Shown: piece after piece, positions 17,722-26,739 of the stretch
Numbering within the stretch: the first letter of the stretch is position 1
How the letters are laid out: each line of letters starts with the position of its first letter
Assembly (NCBI RefSeq): GCF_000039765.1
Contig: NC_004459.3
Location: 2,811,127 to 2,843,126 of the forward strand
Length of the DNA stretch: 32,000 nt
DNA from: Vibrio vulnificus CMCP6
GTDB taxonomy: Bacteria; Pseudomonadota; Gammaproteobacteria; Enterobacterales; Vibrionaceae
Reading direction: 5' to 3'
Notes under the pieces: model-generated
Databases searched by the model: none
What the model was told of the DNA's origin: nothing
What the model saw: only the letters and a program-made list of their open reading frames with translations
Made by a program: the position numbers and the translations under genes

Positions 17722-18741
17722 TCATTTATGCTGATAACGACTCACTTGTTGTTCAATCGCACCAAAAATAGATTGCCCTTGCGCATCAAACATTTCTAAG
17801 CGAATAGAATCGCCAAAACGCATAAATGACGTGCTGGCTTGACCATCACGAATTGTTTCAATCATACGAATTTCGGCAATGCACGAATAACCAACACCAC
17901 CTTCTTCAATCGACGTGCCGTGATCGGTTCCTTGCTTATTCGACACCGTACCAGACCCGATGATGGCCCCTGCAGACAGCGGACGCGTCTTTGCCGCGTG
18001 CACAATCAGATCGGCAAAATCAAAGGTCATATCTACGCCGGCATTCGGTTTGCCAAACGGTTTATGGTTGTAGGTTGAGATCAGCGGCAGATGAAGTTTG
18101 TTTTCATACCAGGCTTCACCCAGTTCATCCAAAGTAACGGCGACGGGAGAAAACGCAGAAGAGGGTTTGGATTGAAAGAAGCCAAAGCCTTTGGCGAGTT
18201 CAGCAGGGATCAGGCCACGCAACGAAACATCATTCACCAGCATCACGAGACGAATCGCGTCTTCTGCTTGCGCAAAACTGGCCCCCATTGGCACGTCACC
18301 TGTGATCACCGCCACTTCACCTTCAAAATCAATGCCCCACTCTTCACTGGCAAATTCAATGTTGTCACGTGGTGCGATAAAGGCGTCGGAGCCCCCTTGG
18401 TACATGAGCGGGTCTGTCCAAAAACTTTCTGGCATTTCAGCACCGCGGGCTTTGCGCACTAATTCCACGTGATTGACGTATGCAGAGCCATCGGCCCACT
18501 GATAAGCACGAGGTAACGGTGAATGGACTAAGGTCTCTTCGAACGGTAAGCTTCCCGTCACCTCGCCTTGATTGAGCGCTTGATAAAGCTCTTTCAGCTT
18601 TGGCTCGCACACAGACCAATGATCCAGTGCAAGCTGCAATGTCGGTGCAATGTCGGTCGCGGAAACATAACGGCTCAAATCGCGACTAACGACGATCAAC
18701 TCACCATCGCGATGCTCATTCTTCTTGGTTGCTAATTTCAT
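17722..18741 (-). CDS. fahA: fumarylacetoacetate hydrolase-family enzyme (339 aa)
   Basis: FAH-fold C-terminal domain, and a position between hmgA and maiA. The ATG at 18741 (AAGGGAAGAGAG upstream) is preferred, because the track start at 18798 overlaps the end of hmgA. Confidence 0.82.
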   Translation of the reverse strand: MKLATKKNEHRDGELIVVSRDLSRYVSATDIAPTLQLALDHWSVCEPKLKELYQALNQGEVTGSLPFEETLVHSPLPRAYQWADGSAYVNHVELVRKARGAEMPESFWTDPLMYQGGSDAFIAPRDNIEFASEEWGIDFEGEVAVITGDVPMGASFAQAEDAIRLVMLVNDVSLRGLIPAELAKGFGFFQSKPSSAFSPVAVTLDELGEAWYENKLHLPLISTYNHKPFGKPNAGVDMTFDFADLIVHAAKTRPLSAGAIIGSGTVSNKQGTDHGTSIEEGGVGYSCIAEIRMIETIRDGQASTSFMRFGDSIRLEMFDAQGQSIFGAIEQQVSRYQHK

Positions 18742-18781
18742 CTCTCTTCCCTTCTCAAACCTTGCTGTTCTGTCGTCCGTA

Positions 18782-19918
18782 TTATTTTTGATTTTCACGC
18801 CAACTGTAGACGTATTCTTTGTTTTCTACACTGTCGAGCTCTTGTGCAAACGTTAATGCATGGCGCGTATCAATCATCACCGCGACTTCGTCGGTGAACT
18901 TTTTCTTATACTCTTGGCCAGCTTTGAATGCCTTAGGATGCGGCCCGTGGGTAAAGCCTGCCGGGTGAAACGTCACCATGCCTGCTTCAATGTTGTCGCG
19001 GCTGAAAAAATCCCCCGCATGATAGAACAACACTTCATCATAATCGTCGTTGTTGTGATAAAACGGCACTTTCAACGCGCCAGGGTCACTTTCGATAGGA
19101 CGCGGCACGAAGGTGCAAACAACAAAGCCGTTCCCAACAAAGGTGGTGTGTGCCGACGGTGGCAAGTGATAACGATGAGACATCAATGGGCGTATATCGC
19201 GCCAGTTCAGTTTCACTACGGAGAGATCACCATGCCAACCTATGGCATCCAATGGATTGAATGGGTAAGTAATCACGCTCACACTGTCGTGGCGTTTCAC
19301 TTCCACACGCGTCTCTTGCTCTGAGTATTGCGCTTTGAACTGGTCGTTAATCGACGGCGTTTCAAGTACCGCAGGGTCAAATACCGCATGATTACCAACT
19401 AACCCTTTCTCTGGCAGTGAATACGCCGCATCGGTGTTTTCAATCATCAAAATAAACATCGCCTCTGACGGCTCCAAGCGCCAGTTGGTTGAACGCGGGA
19501 TCATCACGTAATCCCCTTCTTCTACTGACAAATGGCCATAGTCACAGTAAAGGTCGGCCTTACCTTGATGGATAAAGAGCAGCTCGTCGCCATCGGCGTT
19601 TCGCGCCAGAAATTCCATTTTAGTTTGGGTTTTCCAGACTCGAACTTTACATTCGTGATTGTGAAGCAAATGCGGCACACTCCAAGGAGAAGCTTGATTG
19701 GCGCTGGTCACGCGAGTGAAATCAAACGCTCTCGGTCTTAAATCGCCTTGCCAATCGGTCCAGCCTGTTGGGGCATGTTGATGATGAAAATGCGCAGCGG
19801 GGCCAAAGAACCCACTACGCCCCGCTTCACGTTCGTAAATCGCCTCTTCAGGAAAATCGGCATGTGCCTGCTTGGAGCAGACACCTTCCCGATGAGGAAA
19901 GGTGATCCATTTATGCAT
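18782..19918 (-). CDS. hmgA: homogentisate 1,2-dioxygenase (compact form)
   Basis: Cupin-type protein. The C-terminal stretch FYHNNDDYDEVLFYHAGDFF...FHPAGFTHGPHP resembles the HmgA active-site region. Operon context supports the call. The ATG at 19918 (MHKW...) overlaps the end of hppD by 8 nt. The GTG at 19933 is an alternative. Confidence 0.8.
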   Translation of the reverse strand: MHKWITFPHREGVCSKQAHADFPEEAIYEREAGRSGFFGPAAHFHHQHAPTGWTDWQGDLRPRAFDFTRVTSANQASPWSVPHLLHNHECKVRVWKTQTKMEFLARNADGDELLFIHQGKADLYCDYGHLSVEEGDYVMIPRSTNWRLEPSEAMFILMIENTDAAYSLPEKGLVGNHAVFDPAVLETPSINDQFKAQYSEQETRVEVKRHDSVSVITYPFNPLDAIGWHGDLSVVKLNWRDIRPLMSHRYHLPPSAHTTFVGNGFVVCTFVPRPIESDPGALKVPFYHNNDDYDEVLFYHAGDFFSRDNIEAGMVTFHPAGFTHGPHPKAFKAGQEYKKKFTDEVAVMIDTRHALTFAQELDSVENKEYVYSWRENQK

Positions 19919-20984
19919 TATTGAGTACTCCACGGCGAATTTGATCTTCTTCTATCGATTCGAATAGCGCTTTGAAGTTACCTTCGCCAAAACCTTCATT
20001 GCCTTTACGCTGAATGATTTCAAAGAAGACAGGCCCGATAACCGTCTGAGTAAAGATCTGTAGCAAAATGCCATCTTTTAGCGGTGCACCATCGATCAGG
20101 ATGCGTAAATCACGCAATCGAGACACATCTTCTTTGTGCCCTTCAACACGGCTATCTACTTTGTCGTAATAGGTATCCGGCGTGGGCATAAAGTCCATAC
20201 CTCGGTCGCGCAGCGTTTGAACCGTTTGGTAGATGTCGTCCGTGGTGAGCGCGATGTGTTGAATGCCTTCACCATTGTACTCACGAATGAACTCTTCGAT
20301 TTGTGACTTATCGTCCGAAGATTCATTGATTGGGATACGAATTTTGCCACATGGTGCGGTCATCGCTCGGCTCACCAGACCGGTGAGTTTCCCTTCAATA
20401 TCGAAATAACGAATTTCACGGAAATTACCAATACGCTCATAGAATCCCGCCCAAGTATCCATGTTGCCGCGTTTTACGTTGTGGGTAAGGTGGTCAATTT
20501 CATATAGGCCAACATCCGACTTCGCTAGGCGCTGAGCGGCGTCATCATAAAAACGAAAATCGACATCGTAGATACTCTGCTTACCATAGCGATCGACAAA
20601 ATAGAGCAAGCTGCCACCAATGCCATACACAGCAGGGATACTCAGCTCCATCGGCCCGATTTCTGTTTTGTATTCTTCTGCGCCATTGGTTAATGCGTGC
20701 TTAAGTGCTGACGCAGCATCCTGCACTCGAAATGCCATCCCACATACTGAAGGTCCATGAACTTTTGCAAACTCCTCAGCCTGACTGTGCGGCTGAGCAT
20801 TAACGACAAAGTTGATATCGCCCTGGCGATATAGCCAAGCTTCTTTCGAGCGATGCTTGGCGACTTCTGCAAAGCCCAGCGAGGAAAACAAATGCTTAAG
20901 CTGCTCGATACCTGTGTTATCTGCGGCGGTGTATTCGACAAACTCAAATCCGTCTGTGCCCAGTGGGTTGATTGCATCCACCAT
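19911..20984 (-). CDS. hppD: 4-hydroxyphenylpyruvate dioxygenase
   Basis: 357 aa with two VOC/glyoxalase barrels. Motifs GIQHIAL and the tail GNFKALFESIEEDQIRRG are characteristic of the HPPD C-terminus. AAAAGGAG Shine-Dalgarno sequence. Confidence 0.93.
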   Translation of the reverse strand: MVDAINPLGTDGFEFVEYTAADNTGIEQLKHLFSSLGFAEVAKHRSKEAWLYRQGDINFVVNAQPHSQAEEFAKVHGPSVCGMAFRVQDAASALKHALTNGAEEYKTEIGPMELSIPAVYGIGGSLLYFVDRYGKQSIYDVDFRFYDDAAQRLAKSDVGLYEIDHLTHNVKRGNMDTWAGFYERIGNFREIRYFDIEGKLTGLVSRAMTAPCGKIRIPINESSDDKSQIEEFIREYNGEGIQHIALTTDDIYQTVQTLRDRGMDFMPTPDTYYDKVDSRVEGHKEDVSRLRDLRILIDGAPLKDGILLQIFTQTVIGPVFFEIIQRKGNEGFGEGNFKALFESIEEDQIRRGVLNNA

Positions 20985-21102
20985 GACTTTCTCCTTTTAG
21001 ACTGCTTTTTATTTTGGTTAACACTTTGTTAACTTGAACCAGAGTCAGAAGAATTGGAATAGCGCCTGTCTACTCAAGAAAAACTCATTCCCCCCGCAAA
21101 AA

Positions 21103-21120
21103 TGTAAAGCATTTGTTACA
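21103..21120. promoter_or_regulatory. TyrR-box-like palindrome upstream of hppD
   Basis: TGTAAA-GCATTT-GTTACA matches 11/12 to TGTAAA-N6-TTTACA. Confidence 0.5.
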
Positions 21121-21186
21121 CCACAAACCAATAACCATAATTTGACACAAAAGCGTCCCATTCCCTCTTCGATTACCCCTTTGCGT

Positions 21187-21235
21187 TGTACGAGCCAATT
21201 TACACACCAATCGCAAATGTAAATTTTATGTTAAC
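21187..21235. promoter_or_regulatory. two further TyrR-box-like sites
   Basis: TGTACG-AGCCAA-TTTACA (21187-21204) matches 10/12. TGTAAA-TTTTAT-GTTAAC (21218-21235) matches 9/12. Confidence 0.35.
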
Positions 21236-21394
21236 CAATGACTGGTGGTTATTTTTTCGCTGTTTAAAACGTCATTATTGTGTCAGTCAGTCCGTTTATT
21301 TGATTCAACGCAGTTTTATTGTCTGCCAACTATGCACAATGGAGCATTCTGTTCCTACACGGGCGCTGCCCACAGCAAAAGAGAGATCAGCCGA

Positions 21395-22501
21395 ATGATT
21401 CCAGTAAACCAAGAACGTCTTATCGAGCATTTTTGTCAGTTAGTGCGTATCGACAGTGAGTCGATGAATGAAAAAGCGATTGCCGAAGCGCTGGCTGAAC
21501 AGTTGGGCGACATGGGTTTTACCGTGCACAAACTGCCTGTGCCAGAGCACATCTCCAATGGCTTTAACGTCTATGCACGCCTAGAGGGTGAGCTTGAAGG
21601 TTCCATCTTGTTAAGCTGTCACATGGATACCGTGGCGCCGGGCAATGGCATTGAGCCTGTGATTGAAGATGGCATTATCCGTTCAAAAGGAAACACCATT
21701 CTTGGTGGTGATGACAAATCAGGCATCGCCGCCATTATGGAAGCGGTCCGTCTGTTGAAAGAGCAGAATCAACAGCACAAAACCATTGAGCTTGCCTTTA
21801 CTGTGCATGAAGAAGGCGGGCTGTTTGGTTCCGAATATTTTGATATGAGCTACGTCACTGCTCAGCAAGCGATTGTACTGGATACCGGTGGCCCAATTGG
21901 CTCTATTGTCACGGCGGCACCTGGCCAACAGAAAATCGTCGCCACGATTAAAGGCCGCCCTGCCCACGCAGGTTTGGCACCAGAAGAAGGCATCAGTGCC
22001 ATTATGGTTGCCGCCGATGCCATCAATCAAATGAAGTTGTTGCGTATTGACGCGGAAACGACCGCCAACATTGGCACGGTTCACGGCGGTCAGGCAACAA
22101 ACATCGTCATGCCAGAGTTGAAAATTGTCGCGGAAGCTCGCTCACTCAATGCAGAAAAGCTCGATGCGCAAGTCGAGCACATGATCACGACTTTTGAGCG
22201 TGTCGCCGAAAAACATGGTGCGGAAGTGGAGATTGAGTCCAGCCGTGCTTACAACGCGTTTGTGCTTAGCGATGACCATCCTCACGTCGTGGAAATTAAG
22301 CAAGCTTTTGCGGACATTGGTGTAGACGCCATAACCAAAGGCACTGGAGGCGGTAGTGATGCTAATAACTTCAATGCCAAGGGTTTAACGACGGTCAATC
22401 TGTCAACCGGCATGTCAAAAGTACACACCACGGAAGAGTTCATTGCCATTGCGGACATGGTCAAAATCACCGAGTTTTTGACTCACTACTTAGCCAAGTA
22501 A
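21395..22501 (+). CDS. M20-family metallopeptidase (peptidase T-like)
   Basis: Motifs SCHMDTV, GGDDKSGIAAIMEA and TVHEEGG. I take the ATG at 21395 (MIPVNQERLIEHF...) as the true start. The 50 upstream codons in the track ORF are AT-rich intergenic sequence. Confidence 0.88.
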   Translation: MIPVNQERLIEHFCQLVRIDSESMNEKAIAEALAEQLGDMGFTVHKLPVPEHISNGFNVYARLEGELEGSILLSCHMDTVAPGNGIEPVIEDGIIRSKGNTILGGDDKSGIAAIMEAVRLLKEQNQQHKTIELAFTVHEEGGLFGSEYFDMSYVTAQQAIVLDTGGPIGSIVTAAPGQQKIVATIKGRPAHAGLAPEEGISAIMVAADAINQMKLLRIDAETTANIGTVHGGQATNIVMPELKIVAEARSLNAEKLDAQVEHMITTFERVAEKHGAEVEIESSRAYNAFVLSDDHPHVVEIKQAFADIGVDAITKGTGGGSDANNFNAKGLTTVNLSTGMSKVHTTEEFIAIADMVKITEFLTHYLAK

Positions 22502-22509
22502 TCTCTTTG

Positions 22510-22536
22510 ACGCACTGGCCCTGCCAGTGCGTTTTC
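22510..22536 (+). terminator. rho-independent terminator of the peptidase gene
   Basis: CGCACTGGC (22511-22519) pairs with GCCAGTGCG (22523-22531), followed by TTTT. Confidence 0.8.
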
Positions 22537-22731
22537 TCTGTTGTTTGTTTCCTCTCCTATTTTTTCTCTCGGACCCAAGTTCTGATCACCCATTGCGTTG
22601 AAAGTTTTTTAGATCTCGCAAAGCCATGAAACGAGAGCTTATCTTTCATATATTTATCGATAATCATCACATTTAGTTGCTATTCAAATGATTACTATGC
22701 ATTTGGTTTTAATTAATAACGTGATAATCAA

Positions 22732-24636
22732 ATGAAAAAGACCCTGTTAACCAGTGCAATAGCGCTCTCCCTGACTTTTCCAGCCCTCGCCGCGAATGGC
22801 GATATCCATAACGTTACTATTCTCGGCACATCCGATCTTCACGGCCATTTTATGCCTTGGGACTACGCTGCGGACAAACTCAATATGAGCGGCAGCCTGA
22901 GCCAAATCGCCACCAAAGTAAAAGCGATTCGCCAAGAACAAAATAACGTCATCTTGGTCGATGCAGGTGACACCATTCAAGGCAACTTTGTCGAAACGTT
23001 TAAAGAAGAGCCGATCGATCCAATGATGCTCGGCTTCAATGAGATGAACTATGACGTTTGGGTATTAGGCAATCATGAGTTTGATTTTGGCTTGAACGTG
23101 CTTAATCGCTCTCTCACCCAATTCAAAGGCACCTCTCTGGCAGGTAACATTCAACGCCCTGATGGCAACCCTTTTTTGCCGGGTTACACCATCATTGAGC
23201 GTGGTGGGATAAAAATCGGCGTGATCGGAATGGACACCCCCATGACGCAAGTCTTCGCTGAAGGAACCAATCGCCTTGAAGGGATGACCTTCACCAACCC
23301 GACGCTGGAAGTGAAAAAAATCGTCAAGCAGATTGAGGGCAAAGTCGATGCGATTGTACTAGTTGCCCACATGGGCCTCGACAATGAAAATGACATCGCA
23401 GACACCGGTGTCACCGACATTGCCAACGGCAACCCTGAGCTCGATGCCATTGTGGCCGGCCACATGCATACGCGCATTGATAAAGCCGTGGTCAATGGCG
23501 TCATCATCACCGAGCCCGACAAATATGGCCGTGCGCTGTCACGCATTGACTTGCAGTTTGAAGAACAAAATGGCCAGTTCACCTTGATCAACAAAGACAG
23601 CTACACCTACAAGATCAAAGGCGTCGATTCGGATGACAAGATGGAATCGCTCTACGAACCGTATCACAAGCGTCTGCGTGAAATGGCCAACCGCGAAGTG
23701 GCGCAGCTTACTGGCGTGAATTTAGTACCAGAAAACGACATTCGTGGTATCCCGCAAGTGCATGTTCAAGACTCAGGGATCAGTGCACTTTTCCAAGAAG
23801 CGAGTTTTTTCTACGCACCTCAAGCCAACGTCATTGCACTGCAAATTGACAATGACAACGCCAAGTTGGACGTAGGCCCAATCAAAGCTAAAGACATCGC
23901 ATACAACTACCAATATGCGGGTGGCGAGATCACGGTTTATCAAATGACGGGCAAAGAGTTGAAGCAGTACATGGAGTGGTCTGCTGGTTACTTCAATTCT
24001 GTGCAAGCGGGGGATGTGACATACAGCTTTAATCCTGAAAGACGCGCCTCAAAGTACTCAACCAACGACTTCTTCGCGGGCGTCACCTACACCATCGACT
24101 TAACTCAGCAAGCAGGCCAACGCATTACTGATCTCAAGTTTGCCGATGGTAAACCCGTGTTAGACGACAGCGAGATTCGCCTCGGCATGAATAGCTACCG
24201 TATGGGCCATTTGACCAAAAAAGGCGGCGTATTAGAGGGCCAAACCTTCCCTGTTCTGTTTGATACCGAAGCAAAATACGGTGAAGAACAAGGCACCATC
24301 CGAAATCTCACCATTCGCTACCTCACCGAGCAGAAACAGGGACAATACGTCGGCCAACCGATGCAACGTTGGAAACTCTCTGGTTTGCAGGGGTTTGAGA
24401 AAGAAGGGGCGATCGTCAAACAGTTGATCAACGAAGGCAAAATCGATGTACCTGCCAGTGAAGATGGTCGCTACACCAACATAGCTTCAATAAATGTCAA
24501 AGCACTGGTGTTCACCAATCCACAGGCTAAAAACGAAGCCATTACTTCTCGCCTTGCTAAAATTGAGGAAGCGAATCCTACGGAGAAACAACATCTTAAG
24601 CGCGAGTTGATCCTCATCGAAGCACTGAACCCATAA
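22732..24636 (+). CDS. periplasmic bifunctional metallophosphatase/5'-nucleotidase (CpdB/UshA family)
   Basis: Signal peptide MKKTLLTSAIALSLTFPALA. Calcineurin-like motifs GTSDLHG, DAGDTIQG and GNHEFD. A C-terminal 5'-nucleotidase substrate-binding domain is present. Confidence 0.88.
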   Translation: MKKTLLTSAIALSLTFPALAANGDIHNVTILGTSDLHGHFMPWDYAADKLNMSGSLSQIATKVKAIRQEQNNVILVDAGDTIQGNFVETFKEEPIDPMMLGFNEMNYDVWVLGNHEFDFGLNVLNRSLTQFKGTSLAGNIQRPDGNPFLPGYTIIERGGIKIGVIGMDTPMTQVFAEGTNRLEGMTFTNPTLEVKKIVKQIEGKVDAIVLVAHMGLDNENDIADTGVTDIANGNPELDAIVAGHMHTRIDKAVVNGVIITEPDKYGRALSRIDLQFEEQNGQFTLINKDSYTYKIKGVDSDDKMESLYEPYHKRLREMANREVAQLTGVNLVPENDIRGIPQVHVQDSGISALFQEASFFYAPQANVIALQIDNDNAKLDVGPIKAKDIAYNYQYAGGEITVYQMTGKELKQYMEWSAGYFNSVQAGDVTYSFNPERRASKYSTNDFFAGVTYTIDLTQQAGQRITDLKFADGKPVLDDSEIRLGMNSYRMGHLTKKGGVLEGQTFPVLFDTEAKYGEEQGTIRNLTIRYLTEQKQGQYVGQPMQRWKLSGLQGFEKEGAIVKQLINEGKIDVPASEDGRYTNIASINVKALVFTNPQAKNEAITSRLAKIEEANPTEKQHLKRELILIEALNP

Positions 24637-24644
24637 ACCACATC

Positions 24645-24675
24645 TGTGCACCTCTTGGTAGGTGCACATTTTTTC
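24645..24675 (+). terminator. rho-independent terminator of the nucleotidase gene
   Basis: TGTGCACCT (24645-24653) pairs with AGGTGCACA (24660-24668), followed by TTTTTT. Confidence 0.88.
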
Positions 24676-24745
24676 TCTCGCAAAATTGTCACAATAAAAT
24701 TCCCTTCCGCGCGCTTTTGCCTGTCGACATCACAAAAAAAATAGG

Positions 24746-24769
24746 ATAGGTTTAGATGTATAGACGTCT
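24746..24769. promoter_or_regulatory. MetJ operator (tandem met boxes) upstream of metA
   Basis: Three tandem 8-mers compared with AGACGTCT: ATAGGTTT (5/8), AGATGTAT (6/8) and AGACGTCT (8/8, 24762-24769). The last box ends 27 nt before the metA GTG. Confidence 0.7.
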
Positions 24770-24796
24770 AAAAGAGATTAGCTTAGGGAGAAAGCT

Positions 24797-25738
24797 GTGC
24801 CTATTCGTATTCCAGATCAATTACCAGCCGCCGATGTTTTGCGTACTGAAAACATCTTCGTAATGAGTGAAACCCGTGCAGCAAGCCAAGAAATACGCCC
24901 ACTAAGAGTGCTGATTCTCAATTTGATGCCGAAAAAAATAGAGACAGAAACTCAGTTTTTACGCCTGCTTTCCAACAGCCCACTTCAGGTTAACGTTGAG
25001 TTACTGCGCATTGACGATCGCCCGAGCAAAAATACCCCAACCGAACATCTCGATAATTTTTATCGTCAGTTTGAGATGGTGAAAAACCGTAACTTCGACG
25101 GCCTGATCATCACTGGCGCGCCGCTTGGTTTGGTGCAGTTTGAAGATGTCATTTACTGGGATCACCTCAAAACCATTATGGAATGGGCCAAATCCCATGT
25201 GACTTCCACCCTCTATGTTTGTTGGGCAGCACAAGCTGGGCTCAAACTGCTCTACGACTTGCCGAAGAAAACGCGTAAAGAGAAGCTCTCTGGCGTGTAT
25301 CACCACCGTATTCACAAACCTTACCATCCGGTTTTGCGTGGTTTTGATGATTCTTTCTTGGCGCCCCATTCTCGCTACGCCGATTTTTCGCCAGAGTATC
25401 TCGCAGAACACACCGATTTGGATATTCTCGCCACGTCTGACGATGCAGGCGTGTACCTAGCCACCACCAAAGATAAGCGCAACGTCTTTGTTACTGGCCA
25501 TCCTGAATATGACCCGCACACGCTGCACAATGAATACATTCGCGATTTGGGTGAAGGCATGGAACCGGCGATTCCGGTTAACTACTACCCCAACGACAAC
25601 CCAGATAATCCGCCAATTGCAAGCTGGCGTAGCCACGGCCACCTGCTTTTCTCGAACTGGTTGAACTACTGCGTCTACCAACAAACGCCTTACGATCTCG
25701 ATCATTTCAGCGAAGAAGCGTTTACCAAGGACGAATAG
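24797..25738 (+). CDS. metA: homoserine O-succinyltransferase
   Basis: GTG start preceded by [16 protein letters not shown]...[33 protein letters not shown] is near-identical in pattern to E. coli MetA as I recall it. Confidence 0.96.
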   Translation: MPIRIPDQLPAADVLRTENIFVMSETRAASQEIRPLRVLILNLMPKKIETETQFLRLLSNSPLQVNVELLRIDDRPSKNTPTEHLDNFYRQFEMVKNRNFDGLIITGAPLGLVQFEDVIYWDHLKTIMEWAKSHVTSTLYVCWAAQAGLKLLYDLPKKTRKEKLSGVYHHRIHKPYHPVLRGFDDSFLAPHSRYADFSPEYLAEHTDLDILATSDDAGVYLATTKDKRNVFVTGHPEYDPHTLHNEYIRDLGEGMEPAIPVNYYPNDNPDNPPIASWRSHGHLLFSNWLNYCVYQQTPYDLDHFSEEAFTKDE

Positions 25739-25765
25739 CGCCACACGAAATCAAACCGTTCTTTT

Positions 25766-25803
25766 ACAACAGGCCGCCTTTCACGTGGCCTGTTGTCGTT
25801 TAT
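25766..25803 (+). terminator. rho-independent terminator of metA
   Basis: ACAACAGGCC (25766-25775) pairs with GGCCTGTTGT (25787-25796), followed by CGTTTAT. Confidence 0.75.
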
Positions 25804-25912
25804 GCCAGACTCTCGTTTATGCAAAGTGACTCGCATTGTCGATGTCGATTGGTAGGCAATAGACCCCAAGGATTTATCATCTCTTCAGGCCACATTAAAA
25901 AGAACGAAAACG

Positions 25913-26647
25913 ATGAAAAAACAAACTCTTCTTTTGCCGCAATTGGTAGCACTTACCCTTTTGACTGGGTGTGTCACAGTCACTGAAGGCCAAGCACAAA
26001 AAGATCCGGACCCAATTGGCATGGCAGAATCTCGCATTGCCTTGGGGCTTGGCTATCTAGAAAATGGCGCGATGATCAAAGCCCATGACAACTTACAACA
26101 AGCCCTGACTCACGCTCCTGATTATTACCGAGCGCAACTTTCCATGGCCCACTACTACGAGCGCGTTGGTGAAAACGGCAAGGCCGAGGATATTTATCAA
26201 AAATCGGCTCGTCAGCACCCAAAAAACGGCAACGTATTGAACAACTACGGCACGTTTTTATGTAAAAAGGGCGAGTATGACAAAGCGGATCGTTTGTTTA
26301 ATCGTGCCATCGAGCAGCCTTACTACTACTTGATTCCTGCCAGTTATGAAAACGCCGCGTTTTGCGCTCTGAAGGCGGGCGACAATGTAAAAGCGCAAAC
26401 CTATTTTACTCGTGCGATTGACTACGACCCACACCGTCCCAAATCGGTGCTCAACCTCGCTAAGTTGGAAATCGATACCGGTAACTACACCCAAGCGCGC
26501 CTGCGTTTGATGCGCTTCCACCAAAGCTATGGGCTGCAAATCCCCTCGCTTAAACTGATGATCGATTTAGAAGACAAAGCAGGCAATGTGGCGCTGGTGA
26601 AGAAGTATCAGAGTGAGTTGGACAAATTGACGGCCCGCCAAGGCTAG
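25913..26647 (+). CDS. pilW: TPR lipoprotein, type IV pilus biogenesis/stability protein PilW (PilF-like)
   Basis: Lipobox LLTGC at residues 17-20. TPR repeats run throughout (e.g. YYRAQLSMAHYYERVGENGKAEDIYQKS, NNYGTFLCKKGEYDKADRLFNRAI). Confidence 0.8.
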   Translation: MKKQTLLLPQLVALTLLTGCVTVTEGQAQKDPDPIGMAESRIALGLGYLENGAMIKAHDNLQQALTHAPDYYRAQLSMAHYYERVGENGKAEDIYQKSARQHPKNGNVLNNYGTFLCKKGEYDKADRLFNRAIEQPYYYLIPASYENAAFCALKAGDNVKAQTYFTRAIDYDPHRPKSVLNLAKLEIDTGNYTQARLRLMRFHQSYGLQIPSLKLMIDLEDKAGNVALVKKYQSELDKLTARQG

Positions 26648-26684
26648 CGATTGCTGGTGGATGAATTCAAAAGACGCGACTAAC

Positions 26685-26718
26685 AAAAAACCTCTGCCCA
26701 AAAAGCAGAGGTTTTTTA
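26685..26718. terminator. bidirectional terminator (pilW / small membrane protein gene)
   Basis: A6 run, then CCTCTGC (26691-26697) pairing with GCAGAGG (26705-26711), then T6. Confidence 0.88.
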
Positions 26719-26739
26719 TGGTTTTACCGCCCACATGAC

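Noticed and set aside
16562-19741. + strand ORFs antisense to the SBP, maiA, fahA and hmgA genes (16562..16936 at 124 aa, 18091..18462 at 123 aa, 18860..19324 at 154 aa, and others)
   Set aside because: They are antisense to genes with strong family and operon support. They have no ribosome-binding sites and low-complexity, Arg/Cys-rich translations.
21232-21257. TAACCA/TGGTTA hairpin followed by T6 in the hppD-peptidase intergenic region (possible sRNA terminator)
   Set aside because: The stem is only 6 bp and AU-rich with an 8-nt loop. No upstream promoter or conserved element supports a small RNA.
21034-21398. Track ORFs 21034..21222 and 21186..21398, and the 5' extension of the peptidase ORF (21245..21394)
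   Set aside because: They lie in the AT-rich divergent promoter region. They use non-ATG or unsupported starts without a Shine-Dalgarno sequence. The peptidase homology begins at MIPVNQERL (21395).
22653-22730. Two GATAATCA cores resembling Fur boxes upstream of the nucleotidase gene
   Set aside because: The best 19-mer alignments score only 12/19 and 10/19 against GATAATGATAATCATTATC in very AT-rich DNA. There is no biological rationale for iron control of this gene.
21719-25744. Antisense ORFs inside the peptidase, nucleotidase and metA genes (21719..22084, 23184..23594, 25001..25411, 25457..25744, and others)
   Set aside because: Same reasoning as above. Each lies wholly within a confidently assigned gene on the other strand.
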